Shown: positions 1-9,175 of the stretch, piece by piece | Numbering within the stretch: position 1 is the first letter of the stretch | How the letters are laid out: every line of letters begins with the position of its first letter | From: a virus | DNA: 64,000 nucleotides | Virus record (IMG/VR): IMGVR_UViG_3300032235_000647 | Location: 66,195-130,194 of that record | Direction: 5' to 3' (one strand) | Notes under the pieces: generated by a model | The model's input: only the letters and a program-made list of their open reading frames with translations | Databases searched by the model: none | What the model was told of the DNA's origin: nothing | Translations under genes and position numbers: made by a program

Positions 1-95
1 TGAGCCTTAGGGTCTTTTTCCTTACCTTTTTCTTTATATTTACCATACCCAACGTGAGTATATTCGGCCTCTAAAAGTAAATTTTTTAATCTCAT
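1..95 (-). CDS. Partial ORF (runs off left edge), putative head-targeted internal protein
   Basis: Not in ORF track. Translates from ATG at 95 as MRLKNLLLEAEYTHVGYGKYKEKGKEKDPKA; nearly the same module (YTHIGYGRYKEKGKEKD) occurs inside the 1829-aa ORF. Confidence 0.75.
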   Translation of the reverse strand, partial: MRLKNLLLEAEYTHVGYGKYKEKGKEKDPKA

Positions 96-97
96 TC

Positions 98-295
98 TTA
101 TCTCCACTTATGGGTTGTTTCTACTTTTTTATTTGTATAAAGGTCTAATTTACCATCTTCGGTAAATTTAACTTCGTAATTTGTTTTTCTTATATCATTA
201 TGACCACCTTTGTAGGGAGTATCGCCAACTTCTTTTTGGATTTTACCAACATTGATTGTATTCTTGGCCATATAATCTTTTATATCGAATGCCAT
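98..295 (-). CDS. Small hypothetical protein in head operon
   Basis: 65-aa ORF tightly packed between the protease and the next gene. Confidence 0.7.
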   Translation of the reverse strand: MAFDIKDYMAKNTINVGKIQKEVGDTPYKGGHNDIRKTNYEVKFTEDGKLDLYTNKKVETTHKWR

Positions 296-299
296 ATAA

Positions 300-890
300 T
301 TAGTGTAATTCTGTTATAATTTCTCTCATCAAGTCTTGTGCTTTGCAGTAATCACCACAAACAACACCCTCTTGAATGTTTTTATTTACTGATTCTTGTA
401 ATGGAGTCATGAACGCACCATGAGTAGATGGATTAGAAACGAAATCCCAACCAATCAATTCAAAGTCATCACCAACTTTTACCTTACCTTCACCTATATT
501 CGTCACCGAACCCATACCACGAGATGATATTCCTAATAGAATACCAGCTCTTAATAACTCTTTAAGTATATTTCCTGATGGAGTTGGAAGTATTTCAACG
601 GTACCAACCAAATCATCACCATCCCAATGAATTTCTCTTACATTGTGAGAAACATTCTTCAAGTTGATTACAGAAGAATCAGGATGGTCTAACTCGCCCA
701 ATGCTCTTCTTTCTTTAATAAGAGTTTCGTATTTCTTAGCCTCTCTCATTAAGATTTCTCTTGGATATATTCTACCATTTTGGTTTTCTGCACCTGCTCG
801 TTGTAAAATACCCTTAACGAGAGTTCTTCCACTCGCGTCTTCGTTTATTCTACCTTCAAATAGGTTTGTTTCTATTAGTAATGATTTCAT
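300..890 (-). CDS. gp21: Prohead core protease (T4 gp21-like)
   Basis: Motifs NQNGRIYP, ALGELDHP, NVSH, TPSG, GISSRGMGS, DFVSNPS match gp21-family proteases; near the portal gene. Confidence 0.95.
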   Translation of the reverse strand: MKSLLIETNLFEGRINEDASGRTLVKGILQRAGAENQNGRIYPREILMREAKKYETLIKERRALGELDHPDSSVINLKNVSHNVREIHWDGDDLVGTVEILPTPSGNILKELLRAGILLGISSRGMGSVTNIGEGKVKVGDDFELIGWDFVSNPSTHGAFMTPLQESVNKNIQEGVVCGDYCKAQDLMREIITELH

Positions 891-898
891 TTTAATCC

Positions 899-2329
899 TT
901 ATCTTTTTAATTTTACAACTTTAATAGTTGGTTTTACTGCTTCGTTTACTGACTCATCAGCTGGATACTTGATACCAAATTTTGCTAGCGCTTTTCTTTT
1001 GTATTCTAACGCCTTTGCAGCTCTACTTAGATATTTTTTAAAAAATGCAAGCATCTCCTCTTTTGTATCAAATGCCTGTGACCCCCTAAACTGTGTATCA
1101 CTTAAATCAGTAGTCCAAAATGCGGCAGAACCTCTATCATAGTCATAGTATCCTACAATTTTACCATTTAATAATATTTTACCATCTTTAGCAATTAGAC
1201 TTTCGTTTACTGACTCTACTGCGTATTTGGTTTCCGATTCACCCAATTGTTTTCCAAATTCATCCCAAATCTGTAATGCTCTTTTTTGAACACCTTCTTT
1301 AGAATTACTTGCACCAACTGGAATAACTTTCTGAAGTTTACCACGAACTACAAACCCACCATACATGGTCTCACCCTTTGTAGTTTTGACTACTACTATT
1401 TGAATACCTTGTTCATTTTTAAGTTTACTTACAACTTTAATAGTTGGCTTTGATGCTTCGTTTACTGATTTACTTTCAGCCATACCATTATAAGTTAATA
1501 GTTTTTTATGTTTTTTAGCAAACATGGAAACTATTTTTAATACTTCGGCTTCACTCTTAATATATCTCTTTTCCTCAATGGTATCATTTTGTGTTCTTTG
1601 AACTAACACATGATATGTTCCTTCAATTTTTTTATCGCCATCAACATATCCAGGTCCTCTTCTTACTTCTATAAGATTTGAATATAAAGGACTATCACCA
1701 TGCATAGGATGGGGTAATATAAAGTAGTATTTTTCTTCTCCTATAAATCTACCACCTAATGGGGAATGGCCTACTTTAAGTTTATTAATACCCAATTCTT
1801 TTTTAATAATTACTTCTATTTTTTTAGCAAGATTTGATGGGAAATGTTCGGTTGCTTCGTTTACACCCCCTACTTCGGATTTTCCTTCCGATACATCCCA
1901 TTGTTTTTTAGTCATTATACTATGTCCACCAGGACTTTTCATGACCCATGCTTTTGCTTCACTACCTGATTTAAATGTTTTGACCAATTTTGGGCCTTTT
2001 GGAGTTTTTTCAATCCCAACCCATGCCCCAGATGCCATTGCTTCGTTTGTTTTACCAGCTCTTAATGCAGCTAAATCAGATGCCTCAATCTCACCATCAC
2101 CATCAACATCTAATTTGTGTTGATTGCCAGTCAATTCTTCGTTCTTTTCACCCTTAGCATCCCAAGCGGCATCAATTTTGTTAAAGAAAGCCTTTTTTTC
2201 TTCATCACTCATATCAGGAATAGACTTTCCAGCCTTTTCTAATGCTCTTTTAAAGAACTCTTGATACTCTGATTCATCTATCATTACTTCTCTTACGATA
2301 CCTTTGAATTGTTCTTTTGTTATTTTCAT
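899..2329 (-). CDS. Modular internal head/core protein with (S)VNE-separated cassettes
   Basis: 476 aa; linkers KTNEA, GVNEA, SVNEA, SVNES, SVNEA; EF-hand-like LDVDGDGEIEASDL motif; immediately upstream of the protease. Confidence 0.7.
   Translation of the reverse strand: MKITKEQFKGIVREVMIDESEYQEFFKRALEKAGKSIPDMSDEEKKAFFNKIDAAWDAKGEKNEELTGNQHKLDVDGDGEIEASDLAALRAGKTNEAMASGAWVGIEKTPKGPKLVKTFKSGSEAKAWVMKSPGGHSIMTKKQWDVSEGKSEVGGVNEATEHFPSNLAKKIEVIIKKELGINKLKVGHSPLGGRFIGEEKYYFILPHPMHGDSPLYSNLIEVRRGPGYVDGDKKIEGTYHVLVQRTQNDTIEEKRYIKSEAEVLKIVSMFAKKHKKLLTYNGMAESKSVNEASKPTIKVVSKLKNEQGIQIVVVKTTKGETMYGGFVVRGKLQKVIPVGASNSKEGVQKRALQIWDEFGKQLGESETKYAVESVNESLIAKDGKILLNGKIVGYYDYDRGSAAFWTTDLSDTQFRGSQAFDTKEEMLAFFKKYLSRAAKALEYKRKALAKFGIKYPADESVNEAVKPTIKVVKLKR
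913..1468. repeat. 40-bp direct repeat (913-952 and 1429-1468), 37/40 identical
   Basis: ttacaactttaatagttgg(ttttac/ctttga)tgcttcgtttactga; encodes SVNEA(S/V)KPTIKVV twice. Confidence 0.9.
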
Positions 2330-2979
2330 TTTTCTATCTCCTGAAGAGTTCTTGCTATGTTAATTAATCTTTCTTTTATTTTATAAATATGGGTGTTGGT
2401 TCTTTTCCAATAGTTATCGGAATCCAACTCATTGATGTTTTTAATCTTGTTATACCAAGAAAAAAACTTTTCAACTTCTGCCAATTGATATTTTAATTCT
2501 TTCAATCCAGTTGCCAATTTTTTATTAGCATGCATTGATGTATCATTCTTTAATTCTAACCAACGATTTTCGGTTATAGATTCATCTATTTTAAAATCCT
2601 TGAAGTTTCCTATATGAGATGCAAGAGCAGCAGAATGATATAGTTTACCACTAATTTTATTTTTAAAACTATTTGCACCGATTTTAACAAAAGGTCCATA
2701 TCCACCACCTGAAACTTTAGCCCCATTTGGTAATCCCTTTAATTGTTTTTCTCTGTCTTGAAGATTTGTTTCAGTAATATTATCTACATCATTATCAACT
2801 ACCGAATACCCTAATTGAGTTGCAATTTTCTTTCTTCTTTGGGAATCGGATTTACGTGAAAAAGCATGAGGAGTCTGATATCCATCAGTATTACCTGTCA
2901 CATTGGATTCTTCTAACTCCTTTTCAACTTCGTGAATAAGTTCGTCTATGTATTTTTTAAGAGATTCTTTTTTTAACAT
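2326..2979 (-). CDS. Putative prohead core protein
   Basis: 217 aa between portal and protease; LEE/ITE motifs; helical C-terminus. Confidence 0.6.
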   Translation of the reverse strand: MLKKESLKKYIDELIHEVEKELEESNVTGNTDGYQTPHAFSRKSDSQRRKKIATQLGYSVVDNDVDNITETNLQDREKQLKGLPNGAKVSGGGYGPFVKIGANSFKNKISGKLYHSAALASHIGNFKDFKIDESITENRWLELKNDTSMHANKKLATGLKELKYQLAEVEKFFSWYNKIKNINELDSDNYWKRTNTHIYKIKERLINIARTLQEIEK

Positions 2980-3826
2980 TTTTTATTTCCTTTACCAATT
3001 CATACGCCATCATTAAAGAAGAAACTTGTTCATCGGTAACTTTCTTACCAATTTTTTGTGTCTTTAATACATTAATAGTTTCTTTTAATTTGATTTTTGT
3101 AATTCTATCTTCCATTTTTGTATAAATGGAATGTAGTTCAGTTATTACTAGTTTTAATTGATTAGAATAATATTCACCAAATTTAGATGTATTGGTAACA
3201 TTGTTAATATATTCTCTCAATAAATTTTTCTGAACATCATTGAGATTTGAATATTTCTTATTAAATGTTTCAAGAAGGATTTTATAAGTAAGTAAACGAA
3301 GATCCTTTTCTTGTTTTTTATAATCTTCAACCAGTCTATCTTCTTTTTGCTTTAATGTAGGACTTGATGTAGATATATGTTCTACCAATGTTAATTTTGA
3401 ATCAAATATATCTTTTATATCGGAAATATCAGATTTTTTAGCCTCAAATAGTTTATGAATCGAAGCCAATACTCTATAATTTGTTACAGGTGAAGTTAAG
3501 AAATTATCAATTTCAAATGTTTCTTTAATTGCCTTTACAAGATTATATTTTTCTTTAATGAGTTTTTGTTCATCAAGTTTAGTTCTAGCCTCTAATATAG
3601 CATCAATAAACTTTTCAGCTTTAGATTCTGTATTATACTTTTCATCTATTAAAAGTTTATATAGACGAAGTTCTTTAGATAATTCAGTCCCATTACCAAA
3701 GAATTCGGCTACAATTTTTTTAGCTTTCTCAGGAGAGTTGTTTAATATCTCTAAAGTTATTTGACGGGTTAATAGTTCAAATAGAAAACCCGTATTTTTA
3801 AATTTAGAATGTTTAATTTTTTTCAT
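2957..3826 (-). CDS. Hypothetical head-cluster protein (helical)
   Basis: 289-aa ORF directly downstream of portal; preceded by the recurrent promoter-like motif. Confidence 0.7.
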   Translation of the reverse strand: MKKIKHSKFKNTGFLFELLTRQITLEILNNSPEKAKKIVAEFFGNGTELSKELRLYKLLIDEKYNTESKAEKFIDAILEARTKLDEQKLIKEKYNLVKAIKETFEIDNFLTSPVTNYRVLASIHKLFEAKKSDISDIKDIFDSKLTLVEHISTSSPTLKQKEDRLVEDYKKQEKDLRLLTYKILLETFNKKYSNLNDVQKNLLREYINNVTNTSKFGEYYSNQLKLVITELHSIYTKMEDRITKIKLKETINVLKTQKIGKKVTDEQVSSLMMAYELVKEIKNVKKRIS

Positions 3827-3867
3827 ATTTACTCAATTATTTATTTTGATATACTCAAAAACTCTTA

Positions 3868-3881
3868 TATAAATATAAATA
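3868..3881 (-). promoter_or_regulatory. Recurrent TATTTATA motif (two overlapping copies), putative late promoter
   Basis: Plus-strand tataaata at 3868 and 3874, upstream of the start at 3826. Confidence 0.6.
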
Positions 3882-3900
3882 TTTTTTTGATTTGTTATTT

Positions 3901-5637
3901 TTATTGATTATCTAGTATATTTGATTCGTCTAACATACCTTTTGTTTCATGTAGATATTTTCTCTTCGAAGAAATACCATTAATATATTTCAAGGCTTTT
4001 TGTTCGGATGTTCGATGTTTTAACACATTATTATTTTCCTTATCACCAAGAGGGTCTCTACCAAATGGTGATTTATCTTTACCATAGGTATTACCCTCTC
4101 GTGGTCTTCCACCTTTATCTTTAGTTGCTTCTAATTCAGTTTTAAGTTGATTGAGAGATTCTTCAACATCTTCAGGTTCATTCTGCATAGCAGGATCATT
4201 ACCTTGGTCTTCAATAGAACGATATCTGAATCTATCTTTAATATCATTAATAATTTTAACTCGTTGAACCTCTTGTTCACCATCTGCTAACTTAAAGATA
4301 TTCTCATAAACCCAATCTTTAGATAACATATTTAGACCAGCTATATCGGTTGCTAATCTTACCTTTTCAGACCATAGGTTTACTCGTTCTTGTTCGTAAA
4401 TAGTAGATGGGTTAATCAAATTCAATTCAAAGTTTGTCATTTCAACATCTTGAATTCCCTGAGAATATAAGTGAATGATTGCAATCTTTGATAATTCTGA
4501 TATGATTGTTCGTTGGATTCTTTCAATAGTTCTAGCAAAACGAACATCTTCTGCAGCAAGAGTAGCCTTACCATTTACATTCTCATCATATCCCAAATAT
4601 GCCTTAGGAATTTTAAGAGCAGCAAAAAGTTTATTTTTTAGATATTGAATATCTTCAGTTGCTGCATAATCCAAACCTGAAATATTTTCGATAGAAGTTC
4701 CACTATCGCCACCACGAACTGGTAAGAAGAAATCTTCTGTTAGGTTTTGCATATTATACTTCAAGTTATACTCACCACTATTTCTATCAATAAAAGGAAC
4801 TTTCTTCATCTTATTGATAATTCGTTGCATGTAGTTATCAACTTCTTGTGGTGGGATATTACCGATATCAATTTTGAACACTCTTTTCTCAGGTGCTCTC
4901 ATGATTCGGTGAATCAACATGGCATCTTCCATAAGAGATAATTGTTTCCACAATCTTCTACCATTTTCAATCATAGATTTACCGTATGGAAGCCAGTTTG
5001 TATCTGATAATAATCTAAAGTGTGCAATTTCAAAGTTATCATATTCCATTTTACCCATAGGGTCTTCGGTAATTTTAAACTTTACTGCGTTTGGATTATT
5101 TGGGTCTATAAGTTCTAATCTTTCAGTATTATAAACTGAATGTGGGGTTGCGTTTACGATACCCTTTCCTTCTGCAATTTCCAACCCAAGAAAAAAGTCA
5201 CCATACTTACACATATTTCGTGTCCATGGCCATAGGTTGAATTCAACATTTAGAATATCATAGAATAAATTCTCTAGGGATTCTTGAACTCTATTATTAT
5301 CCGAACGAATTGAAAGGATTGTTCCAAATTCGTTTTTAAGTGTAGATTCATCTGCATAAATATCTAATGCAGAAGCAATGATTGGGTCTTGGTCCATTGC
5401 ATCATAATCACGAAAAACCTCTCTACGAACTTGCTGATATGCCATTGATTGGGCACCACCAGCCTGCTCGTAAAAGGATTTCTGCAACTTAGTGTATCTG
5501 TCCCTTAACGATGATAAGTTCGTTTGTTGTCTTTCATCAGTATCAACTACCCTTCTCTTACCATCTTTATCAACCGTAACAATTGCCTTTGATGAAAAGA
5601 GTTTGGATAATCTACCGAAAAATGAAGTATCTGCCAT
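3901..5637 (-). CDS. gp20: Portal protein (T4 gp20-like)
   Basis: QLSLMEDAMLIHRIMRAPEKRVFKIDIGN, EDFFLPVRGG, DIQYLKNKLFAALKIP and EDVRFARTIERIQ parallel T4 gp20 motifs. Confidence 0.95.
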   Translation of the reverse strand: MADTSFFGRLSKLFSSKAIVTVDKDGKRRVVDTDERQQTNLSSLRDRYTKLQKSFYEQAGGAQSMAYQQVRREVFRDYDAMDQDPIIASALDIYADESTLKNEFGTILSIRSDNNRVQESLENLFYDILNVEFNLWPWTRNMCKYGDFFLGLEIAEGKGIVNATPHSVYNTERLELIDPNNPNAVKFKITEDPMGKMEYDNFEIAHFRLLSDTNWLPYGKSMIENGRRLWKQLSLMEDAMLIHRIMRAPEKRVFKIDIGNIPPQEVDNYMQRIINKMKKVPFIDRNSGEYNLKYNMQNLTEDFFLPVRGGDSGTSIENISGLDYAATEDIQYLKNKLFAALKIPKAYLGYDENVNGKATLAAEDVRFARTIERIQRTIISELSKIAIIHLYSQGIQDVEMTNFELNLINPSTIYEQERVNLWSEKVRLATDIAGLNMLSKDWVYENIFKLADGEQEVQRVKIINDIKDRFRYRSIEDQGNDPAMQNEPEDVEESLNQLKTELEATKDKGGRPREGNTYGKDKSPFGRDPLGDKENNNVLKHRTSEQKALKYINGISSKRKYLHETKGMLDESNILDNQ

Positions 5638-5678
5638 TTGTTTTCCTAATTTATATTATAACCTTTATTATTTTTATT

Positions 5679-6128
5679 TTACCACTTTCTACAACTCCAA
5701 TATCTTGCTTTATGTCTTGGTCCTGGTGATTCACAATTATGTCTTGCTCTAAAAGATTTTCTTCTTTCAGGATTGTTCTTTTTAATTTTTACACCCTTTT
5801 GTCCGAAGTTAACTTTTACAACATTTCCTTGTGGATTTTTTACATATACCTTAAATTTCTTAACATCACCTGCCATTGGTTTTCCCAACTTCACTTCTCT
5901 ACCTGGATATTCTGCTTCATAAACACAATTACAATTTGCTTCCGTAAGTTCGGTTGTGTATGATTTTAAGAAATTTAGAAAATCCTCTTCATCTTCTTCT
6001 TCAACATCAAGTTCGTCATAATCTAAAAAATTATGTTCTGCTGCATCAAATGGATAATCTTGAACATAACCATCAGTATTTTCTTTGATGGATTGTTTTT
6101 TATTTAAAATATTTTTTAACTTTATCAT
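5679..6128 (-). CDS. Putative head-targeted protein with basic C-terminal module (RRKSFRARHNC...ARYWSC)
   Basis: N-terminus MIKLKNIL..IKE, acidic linker, then a basic Cys/His module recognisable from T4-like phages. Confidence 0.7.
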   Translation of the reverse strand: MIKLKNILNKKQSIKENTDGYVQDYPFDAAEHNFLDYDELDVEEEDEEDFLNFLKSYTTELTEANCNCVYEAEYPGREVKLGKPMAGDVKKFKVYVKNPQGNVVKVNFGQKGVKIKKNNPERRKSFRARHNCESPGPRHKARYWSCRKW

Positions 6129-6146
6129 AATAGGGTCTCCTTATAC

Positions 6147-6154
6147 TATAAATA
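6147..6154 (-). promoter_or_regulatory. Recurrent TATTTATA motif
   Basis: About 19 nt upstream of the start at 6128. Confidence 0.6.
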
Positions 6155-6180
6155 TATACTTCTAATAATAACCTATTATT

Positions 6181-7758
6181 TTAAATTAACCAAGTTAGGT
6201 CTTCATCTTGATTACCAACTTTCATTGACCACGGATTTGTATCAACCGATGAATTGCCACCAAACCCATCTAATGTAAATGAGTGTTGCTGTATACCACC
6301 AAGCGTTCGTTTAGTTAAATCAACACCTTCTTGTCTCAAACGAAGTGCTGTATCTCTAACCCAAAGAGCAATTCCTAATGCCATTACAAGGTCATCATTG
6401 TATCCTCTCATTGCTTCTGCACGATTTCCCGTCCATATAAAAGTAAATAATTCATCTATCAAACGAGTAGAACGAATTGTCACGTCTTTTTCTCTAATGT
6501 ATTGTTCTAACTTGGAAACAATAAGTGGACGAGTTTTCATTGTAGTTGAAAATCCAGCAACCATACCTCTTTCTTCTGCTCTGAATTTATTATGTAGTTG
6601 ATGTTGGACATCTACATATTTTAAATCCTTACTCATGTAGAATAGATTTGAATAACCCCTATCGATTACTTGTTGAATTACTGCCCAACCAATGTTTGCG
6701 TTTTCAATTACTAATAGGGCCTCATTATAATCAGTAGAAAGGGATACTAAGAAATTTCCAAAATCCTTTGTATCCATTTTTCCTTTGTATTCAGCCACTT
6801 GTGTTGCAGTTTCCACATCAAATACATGACACGCAGAGTAATCCGCACCATCACCCCTAGCAACGTCAGCTACAACCATGTATCCTTTGTTGTAATCAGG
6901 GTATTCCCATCTCCATAGATTATGGTCTATCCAAGTTTTTTCAATAGGGTCTTGGCAATATGATTCTTTGTAGAATTGTAATAATTGTGGGTCAATAACC
7001 GTGTCACCAGAAGAAACGAAGTCACAATCACATTCTTGTGCTGCACCTTTCGGTCCTAATAATCGTTCTTGTTCATCTCTCCATGCTTGTCCTCGTTCTG
7101 GGTGAACTGACCAATGTAGTCGGATTGTATTAAATCCGTTTGTTTCATCTTCTGCACCTACCCATGTTTTATGGAAAAAATTACCTACACCATTTGGAGT
7201 AGAAAGTATAATTGCATTACCACCCGTTGAAAGGGTAGATTGTGCAGATATCCAAATCTCTTCAATTTTATCAATGAAAGCAGCCTCATCAAATACCAAT
7301 AGGGATAGTGCTTCGGAACGGCCGGCGTCTCCTGCAGCAGAAGTTGCTTTGATTTGAGAACCATTCGAATATCGTAGAGATAATTTATTGTCTTCTACGG
7401 TAGTTTGTTTTAACCAACTCGGTAGGTATTGATTCATAACTCGAACCTTCGTTACAAGGTTCTTTGCCACCTCTTGCTTGGTTGCAATTACCAACACATT
7501 AAAGTCTTGGTTGAATAACATCTTCCAAAGTGAAAATCCTGCTACAAGAGTAGATATACCAGTCTGACGGGATTTTAGAACGATATTATATCTATGGTCT
7601 TTAAATTCGGTGAGAGTTCGTTCTTGGAACGGGTATAAGTGAAAAGGAATTTTGCCACGAACAGGATGTTGAATCATACAATACTTCTTCATAAAGTAAA
7701 TTGGATCCGAAGCACATTTTTGATACTCTAACTTTATTATTTCCTTTAAACTCGGCAT
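6181..7758 (-). CDS. terL: Terminase large subunit (T4 gp17-like)
   Basis: Walker A-like KSRQTGIST, Walker B LLVFDEAAF, ILSTPNG, nuclease ADVARGDGADYS and YNDDLVMA. No intein visible. Confidence 0.96.
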   Translation of the reverse strand: MPSLKEIIKLEYQKCASDPIYFMKKYCMIQHPVRGKIPFHLYPFQERTLTEFKDHRYNIVLKSRQTGISTLVAGFSLWKMLFNQDFNVLVIATKQEVAKNLVTKVRVMNQYLPSWLKQTTVEDNKLSLRYSNGSQIKATSAAGDAGRSEALSLLVFDEAAFIDKIEEIWISAQSTLSTGGNAIILSTPNGVGNFFHKTWVGAEDETNGFNTIRLHWSVHPERGQAWRDEQERLLGPKGAAQECDCDFVSSGDTVIDPQLLQFYKESYCQDPIEKTWIDHNLWRWEYPDYNKGYMVVADVARGDGADYSACHVFDVETATQVAEYKGKMDTKDFGNFLVSLSTDYNEALLVIENANIGWAVIQQVIDRGYSNLFYMSKDLKYVDVQHQLHNKFRAEERGMVAGFSTTMKTRPLIVSKLEQYIREKDVTIRSTRLIDELFTFIWTGNRAEAMRGYNDDLVMALGIALWVRDTALRLRQEGVDLTKRTLGGIQQHSFTLDGFGGNSSVDTNPWSMKVGNQDEDLTWLI

Positions 7759-7763
7759 TATTT

Positions 7764-8183
7764 TTAGTTTACAAGTAATACACCAACTGCTATAACACCA
7801 ACAATTGTTCCCACCTTATATAAAAAAGTTTTTCTCTTTTCTGATTTCAATTCCTTTAATAGGGATTCGGATTTTTCTCGTTCTAACTTAAATTGCTCAT
7901 CTTTCTGTGTGATGATATAATCCAAATTAGTAATTTTAGAATTGAGAGTCAAAATTATTTCATCTTTAAGTACTAATTTTTGATTTGTTAATGAAAGAAC
8001 TTTTTTAGTTTCTTCTAACTCAATGAGTGCACCATCCCCTTTAATTAAATCTTTGATGATTAATTTTGCAGTAGGAATTTTTAGTGCTACAATAGTATCA
8101 GTTTGAGTCTGATTCGTAACGGTCTGTGAAAAACTTGTTAAGGTCACTAAAATTAAACTTATTAACAGAATTAACTTTTTCAT
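7764..8183 (-). CDS. Membrane coiled-coil protein, possible spanin-like component
   Basis: Signal peptide ending SFS-Q, coiled coil, C-terminal hydrophobic helix; overlaps the upstream gene by 86 nt. Confidence 0.5.
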   Translation of the reverse strand: MKKLILLISLILVTLTSFSQTVTNQTQTDTIVALKIPTAKLIIKDLIKGDGALIELEETKKVLSLTNQKLVLKDEIILTLNSKITNLDYIITQKDEQFKLEREKSESLLKELKSEKRKTFLYKVGTIVGVIAVGVLLVN

Positions 8184-8445
8184 TTGTATTTACCTTTATA
8201 TTTCTTATGTTTGTATTAACTGATGTAATATCAGTATCTAATAACCCAATTTCGGAAGATATGCTATCTATTTTTAAATCTAAATTTTTATTTACAAGTA
8301 CAACCGAATCTATATTGTGTTGAATACTATCGATTTTTTGGTTATACATTTCTATATCCGTTTTTAGTTGTTTAGTAGAATAAATACTATATGCCAATAA
8401 ACATATTAAAACCAATAATAGAAACGATACATTTCCATTTTTCAT
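8098..8445 (-). CDS. N-terminal TM coiled-coil protein, possible inner-membrane spanin (Rz-like)
   Basis: Hydrophobic N-terminal anchor followed by heptad-like repeats; overlapping gene pair. Confidence 0.5.
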   Translation of the reverse strand: MKNGNVSFLLLVLICLLAYSIYSTKQLKTDIEMYNQKIDSIQHNIDSVVLVNKNLDLKIDSISSEIGLLDTDITSVNTNIRNIKVNTNEKVNSVNKFNFSDLNKFFTDRYESDSN

Positions 8446-8460
8446 AAAAAAACTCCTTTA

Positions 8461-9117
8461 CTATAAATAGTGTTCTAATTTGTGTTCTTTTATAACCTCG
8501 AAAGCTTCATTTCGTTTTTCTACAACTTCTTTTAATTCAATTTCACCATTATCAATAATTTCTTGAATTTCAATCTTTACTTCATCGATTGGTTTTGGTA
8601 AACTCCATTTTTCAACCGTTCCATCTTCATTAATAAATTCATAATAAGGTTTTAATTCAGTTAATGAGTGTTTTAATTCTTCTAATTTCATTTTACCTTC
8701 TACAATCATACGAGTGTAAATTCGAAAATCTTCATATTCTTTCCAAATTCCAGCCCCTCTGAAATTATGTTCGATATCTGCCAAACAATTAATACAATAT
8801 CCAGTTTTTTGTATTAATTTTTCATCATTTTTAGTTTTTTTAATCTTTTTACAACTTGGATTACTACATTCCTTTTTAAGATTTAAATAATTACGAATTT
8901 CTTGTAAGGCTTCGTGATTTTTTCCAGTTTTAATGGTATAACCTTCCTTTTTTTCGTATCTGTAAAATTCATCCTCCCAAATATCACCAACATTTCGTTG
9001 TTCTTCGGTTTTTGTCCAACCAATTTGAGTATTATTATCATACTCACCAGTTTGAATCATATCTACCAACTTTCTACGAGTTGGGTGCATATATTTTCGT
9101 TGAAATTCTTTACTCAT
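8461..9117 (-). CDS. Hypothetical protein with Cys cluster
   Basis: 218 aa; CSNPSC...CINC putative Zn site. Confidence 0.7.
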   Translation of the reverse strand: MSKEFQRKYMHPTRRKLVDMIQTGEYDNNTQIGWTKTEEQRNVGDIWEDEFYRYEKKEGYTIKTGKNHEALQEIRNYLNLKKECSNPSCKKIKKTKNDEKLIQKTGYCINCLADIEHNFRGAGIWKEYEDFRIYTRMIVEGKMKLEELKHSLTELKPYYEFINEDGTVEKWSLPKPIDEVKIEIQEIIDNGEIELKEVVEKRNEAFEVIKEHKLEHYL

Positions 9118-9143
9118 TGTTATACATTAGGTTATACATTATA

Positions 9144-9151
9144 TATAAATA
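9144..9151 (-). promoter_or_regulatory. Recurrent TATTTATA motif
   Basis: About 27 nt upstream of the start at 9117. Confidence 0.6.
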
Positions 9152-9175
9152 TATAAAAATGAATAAAGTGATATT

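Noticed and set aside
6181-7758. Intein or intron in terminase (also checked portal and primase)
   Set aside because: Lengths are normal, motifs are contiguous and no splice-junction motifs are seen.
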